From: Isurus oxyrinchus
Lineage: Eukaryota
NCBI GenBank assembly: GCA_026770705.1
Contig: JANJGN010000032.1
Span: 16,554,001-16,618,000 of the forward strand
Direction: 5' to 3'
DNA: 64,000 bases
Position numbers and translations under genes: made by a program. The notes under the pieces are model-generated. The model had not been told where the DNA came from. It saw only the letters and a program-made list of their open reading frames with translations, and ran no database searches. This document shows, in pieces, positions 60,137 to 64,000 of this stretch. Each line of letters opens with the position of its first letter. Positions within the stretch are counted from its first letter, which is position 1.

Positions 60137-62995
60137 AACATTTAGAGCAATTTTAGCTGGTTCAGAATTCACAATTTCAGATAGTTCAGAATTCTGGACT
60201 TGATATCTGGTATACTCAGAGAAATCACACTAACAGATATTGCTACATGGAGTCTCTCAGCAGCAAAACTATGGAGATGGGAAAATTCTCACTAGTTTAC
60301 GAAGAAGTATTTACCAAATTTCATGTTAAACAATATCTGTAGTTGGGAGGTAGTGTAGTGATCTTGTTAATCTCAAATGTGCAGAACCTTTTAACAACAT
60401 TTAGTGAACAATGAGATACTAAAACAAATGGACTGAGCAGGTGTACAGAGATATTAAGATGCACAGCCAATGACTGCGTTTCCTGCCAGGCCTGTGGGTT
60501 GCTTCTGAATGTAATCTATGGATTTATTTGTCTGTAGTGCCCGAAAGAGAGACAGAGACAATGAATCTCTCATTGTGCAGACCTTTTCTGATTGGATTCA
60601 ACCTTAAGGACAGATTGTATTTCTATTCTAATGAAGTCCAGTCAAAGGAGGGAAGATTGAGATCAGAAAAACATCAGCTTTCCTAACTCTGTTGGGAGGG
60701 GTCTCTGATTATAGACAAGTGTGGTACATCTCAAGGTGAAAGGAAATGAGGTTTTCATCTGACCAGATTTTTTTAAAATACAAGAATGTTTGAACATTGC
60801 GGGTATAAGTAAAATCAACGCAAGTTGTGTTTTTTATATGGGAGGCGAGTGATTTGAAACCAAGGCAGCGATTTAAGCAGCACTCCTAAAAACACTAGAG
60901 TTTTAAAGAGATGGTGTCCATTGGGTGTGATAAATTTGAATGCATTAATAGATTTGGATTTCCCATACTATTTGCCCTAATTGTATGCTGGGTAATCAGT
61001 GTGGGATTTCTTGTTTGCAGGGTTTTTGGTTACTTTGCCAGAATCAGTAATGTTGACTTTTCAAGCAACAGCCCCATTTTGTGTGCTTATTACTATCACC
61101 AGATTAGTTTATTTCAAGGGAAGTTAACTCCATAATTGACCAAAATCTAGAAAATGGAAAGACATAATGAAGTAGCTTGGTAGAAACTGAGATAAGTTAA
61201 GCATCCATCCATGTTGGTCACCAAGTGTGAAATCTGAGTGACTATCTTGGAAATGTTGATCTTTTACATATTGTTACTCAAAAGTAAATGTGCAAAAGAC
61301 ACTCTTTGAAAGACAATCCACATTAGTAAGAACTCAGTAGGACCAGTTGAATGGTTCTCTGTTGGGGATTTACTGGAGACAACGTAGTATATTGAGATTC
61401 TGGGGCTGGCACAGACCATTCTAATACTGTTAGTGATGAGATCTGGTTGTAACTGTCCAGTTGAAAACCAAGGTTCAAATTGATAAATTCACCGGCTCCC
61501 AGCTCTGAATCTGGACGATCCATTTTAAGGATCCTGACAAAATATGTTTCCACGATTGGTGACATTTTTTTACAACACAATTTATATTGTTTCAGAAACA
61601 GAAGCAACAAAGCACCAGTCATACAGAGTGATCTAATTTGGACGATTAGGACCTATAATCTCGATTATAAGTCCTCGGTTGCTGATCAGTAATGTAAAAC
61701 ATAGTGAAAAGGAGGATGGCACTTGAAGACTAGATCTGGGGCCACCTTGATCCTGATCAGTATCAGTCAGTATCAACAGGCGAGTGGCTAGGGCATTTGG
61801 TTCAACGCACAAATGGACTCTCTCTGAAATCTCTTGCAGAGGAGACTTGCACTGAAGGATTTCTCACCTACTTGATTCCACAAGTCATTTTACTGTAGTT
61901 TTGTTCCTGTAATATATATATAAAAGTGTGAATTTTATTCGGAACAGTAGGATAGGTCTGGATGGGGGAGATTTTTTTTTTTATAGGCGCGATTCATGAA
62001 AGCTGCTGCCCCCACTGCATCTTCTCCACGCTGCAACTGTAAAAATGTAAATATAAAACTTGTAGAAATCTCCAAAGCAGAAACCACTGGATCAGATTCT
62101 CATTCGTACAAATGAACGGTTGGTATTGGTGATATAAAATAGCTGCTGGTTGGATTGAAGCAGGGAAGATATTAGCATGCAATGAGAAGATTCTAGGTAA
62201 TGTAGATCATGTTAGATAAATTTAAGCTTACAGTGTTTTACTGTTTTTATAATAAACGCTGATTTCACCCCTCTTCAACTGACAGGAGCCGGGGGTGTCT
62301 TTTAATGGAAGATTCTAATTTAAAAATGGGGCTTTTTTTTCATTTTAACTGAAGATGTCCGCAGAGCCCTCATGCATTGTGGGATCTCACTTCCCTGACC
62401 ACCACAGTTGGGGAGGTTACAGTCACGTAATGTATTGTTGGAACGTGCTCAGTTAATAAATGAAGATGTCCTATTTGCAGTAAAGCCTTGTTCATACTGT
62501 TTACACTCTGAGCTAGGTATTTTGTGGTGCATTTTATCCTTGCAATTGGGGCAAAAACAAAAGCAGAGATTTCTGAGTATTTTTTAATGAAAAAGTAAAG
62601 TTCCAGAATATGAAAGTTTTTTTTTTTGTTTGTGTTGTGTGCATTCTGTACAGCAAATGTTGTCACTGGTAATGAATTAAAATTATCCTTTTTTTTATTG
62701 TATGTGGCATGTTTTTTTTGTACTGAACATAAGTTGAATTGTATATAATTTATGTCAAAGAGCCAAGATGTTTCTTGCTCTATGTATTAAATCTCCTGCA
62801 GGAATAAGCTTATTCTGTACATCCCTGGTACATGTAGAGACAGTTTATGATCATGTTGGCTAGATTGTACAAACCTTTTTTAAATACAAATGTAGCATCT
62901 TTGCATTACTGTATGATAAATAGGGACATCCGTCCCTACAGAGGTGAATTTACTGCATTAAAACTGTTTGAAATAAAATCACCCTTGGGACTATT
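60137..62995 (+). other. KMT2D: Probable KMT2D 3' UTR (end inferred)
   Basis: Repeat-free AU-rich stretch after the stop, with many TGTA motifs and AATAAA at 62251, 62455 and 62972; interspersed repeats resume after about 63200. Confidence 0.6.
62972..62977 (+). terminator. Candidate polyadenylation signal AATAAA
   Basis: Upstream TGTA cluster and downstream T/GT-rich tract (ttatttatttgtcttgggttgg). Confidence 0.55.
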
Positions 62996-63577
62996 ATTTA
63001 TTTGTCTTGGGTTGGAGTGGGAGAAGAAAACTTAGTCTGCCATGGTAAAGGATCCATATTGAAGAGCATCTCTTTGCATGGTGAATTGATTCTGATCAGT
63101 TATAATTTAGACAATTTTCTTGACACGAATATAATTAATGTAGGTTGATGGTGCATACACATTTTTGCATCTGAAATTTGGTATGGAAAAATACCAAGGG
63201 GTTACTCTTTAGGAGGATGAATATAACAAGGAAGTATACACTATGATAAAACTTTAAAAGCAGTAGAGAGACTTGGGGCTTTGGATGCATCTTCAAAAGT
63301 GAGGTAAGTTAAATAATTATAAGAATCATGCCGGATTCATGGCTTCATAAATGAGAGCTTTGAGTGCAAAAGCAAAAAGGTAGTGCTAAATCTATTTATT
63401 CAAAAAAATCATTGATTAGGCTGCAGGTATTATGTCTAGTTTTTGGATGCCTTCAATATACAATAAGGGTGGAGCATCTCCTCAGGACGCAGTTCCTTTA
63501 AGATATTATTGAAGTGCAATCTCTTCAAAAAGATTTGTATGGTAGAATTGTAGACCATGAACATACTTTTGCTAATA

Positions 63578-63672
63578 TAAAATAAAAACAAAATGCTGGA
63601 AATACTCAGCGGGTCAGGCAGCATCTGTGGAGAGAAAAAGAGTTAACATTTCAGGTCAGTGACCCTTCAGAA
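63578..63672 (-). mobile_element. Penelope-terminus remnant
   Basis: aaaatgctggaaatactcagcgggtcaggcagcatctgtggagag...gacccttcag. Confidence 0.7.
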
Positions 63673-63742
63673 TGGTAGATCTTAGGTTGTGGTTGTGTGG
63701 ACACATTTGGCTGGCAGTTAATAAATTGACACAAGCAATGCT

Positions 63743-64000
63743 TTTTTTATTCTTTCATGGGATGTGGACATCGCTGGCTAGGCCAACATTTATTGCCATC
63801 CCCAATTGCCCTTGAGAAAGTGGTGGTCAGCTGCTGCCGTCAACTGCTGCAGTCAGTGAGGTGTAGGTACACCCACAGTGCTGTGTGGAAGGGAGTCCCA
63901 GGATTTTGACCCAGTGACAGTGAAGGAAACTGCATTATAGTTCCAAGTCAGGATGGTATGTGGCTTGGAGGGGAACTTGCAAGTGATGGTATTCCCATGT
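63743..64000 (-). mobile_element. LINE 3' end, same family as 20016-20910 (runs off the window)
   Basis: Reverse complement matches 20660-20900. Confidence 0.85.

Overview
Vertebrate genomic DNA, very likely from a shark or ray: the repeats are CR1 LINEs, Penelope-like elements with hammerhead-bearing termini, Deu-domain and other tRNA-derived SINEs, and GGGC-ended MITEs. The window holds the 3' part of a plus-strand KMT2D (MLL2/MLL4) gene. I traced 21 GT-AG coding exons from 6433 to the TAA at 60136. They splice in frame to about 2665 codons and include a 4.4-kb Gln/Gly-rich exon, the ePHD, FYRN, FYRC, WIN, SET and post-SET domains, followed by a 3' UTR of about 2.8 kb. The standout is in the intron at 50965-59144: a structurally complete, non-autonomous, antisense Gypsy-type LTR retroelement (53192-58523) with TGTTA...TAACA ends, a CATT target-site duplication, a tRNA-like PBS and a PPT. 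Behind a Gmr1/SCAN-type gag remnant it carries, in place of pol, an intronless and internally deleted copy of the N-terminal coiled coil of the nuclear-basket protein TPR. Homology calls rest on protein sequences recalled from memory, not on database searches.
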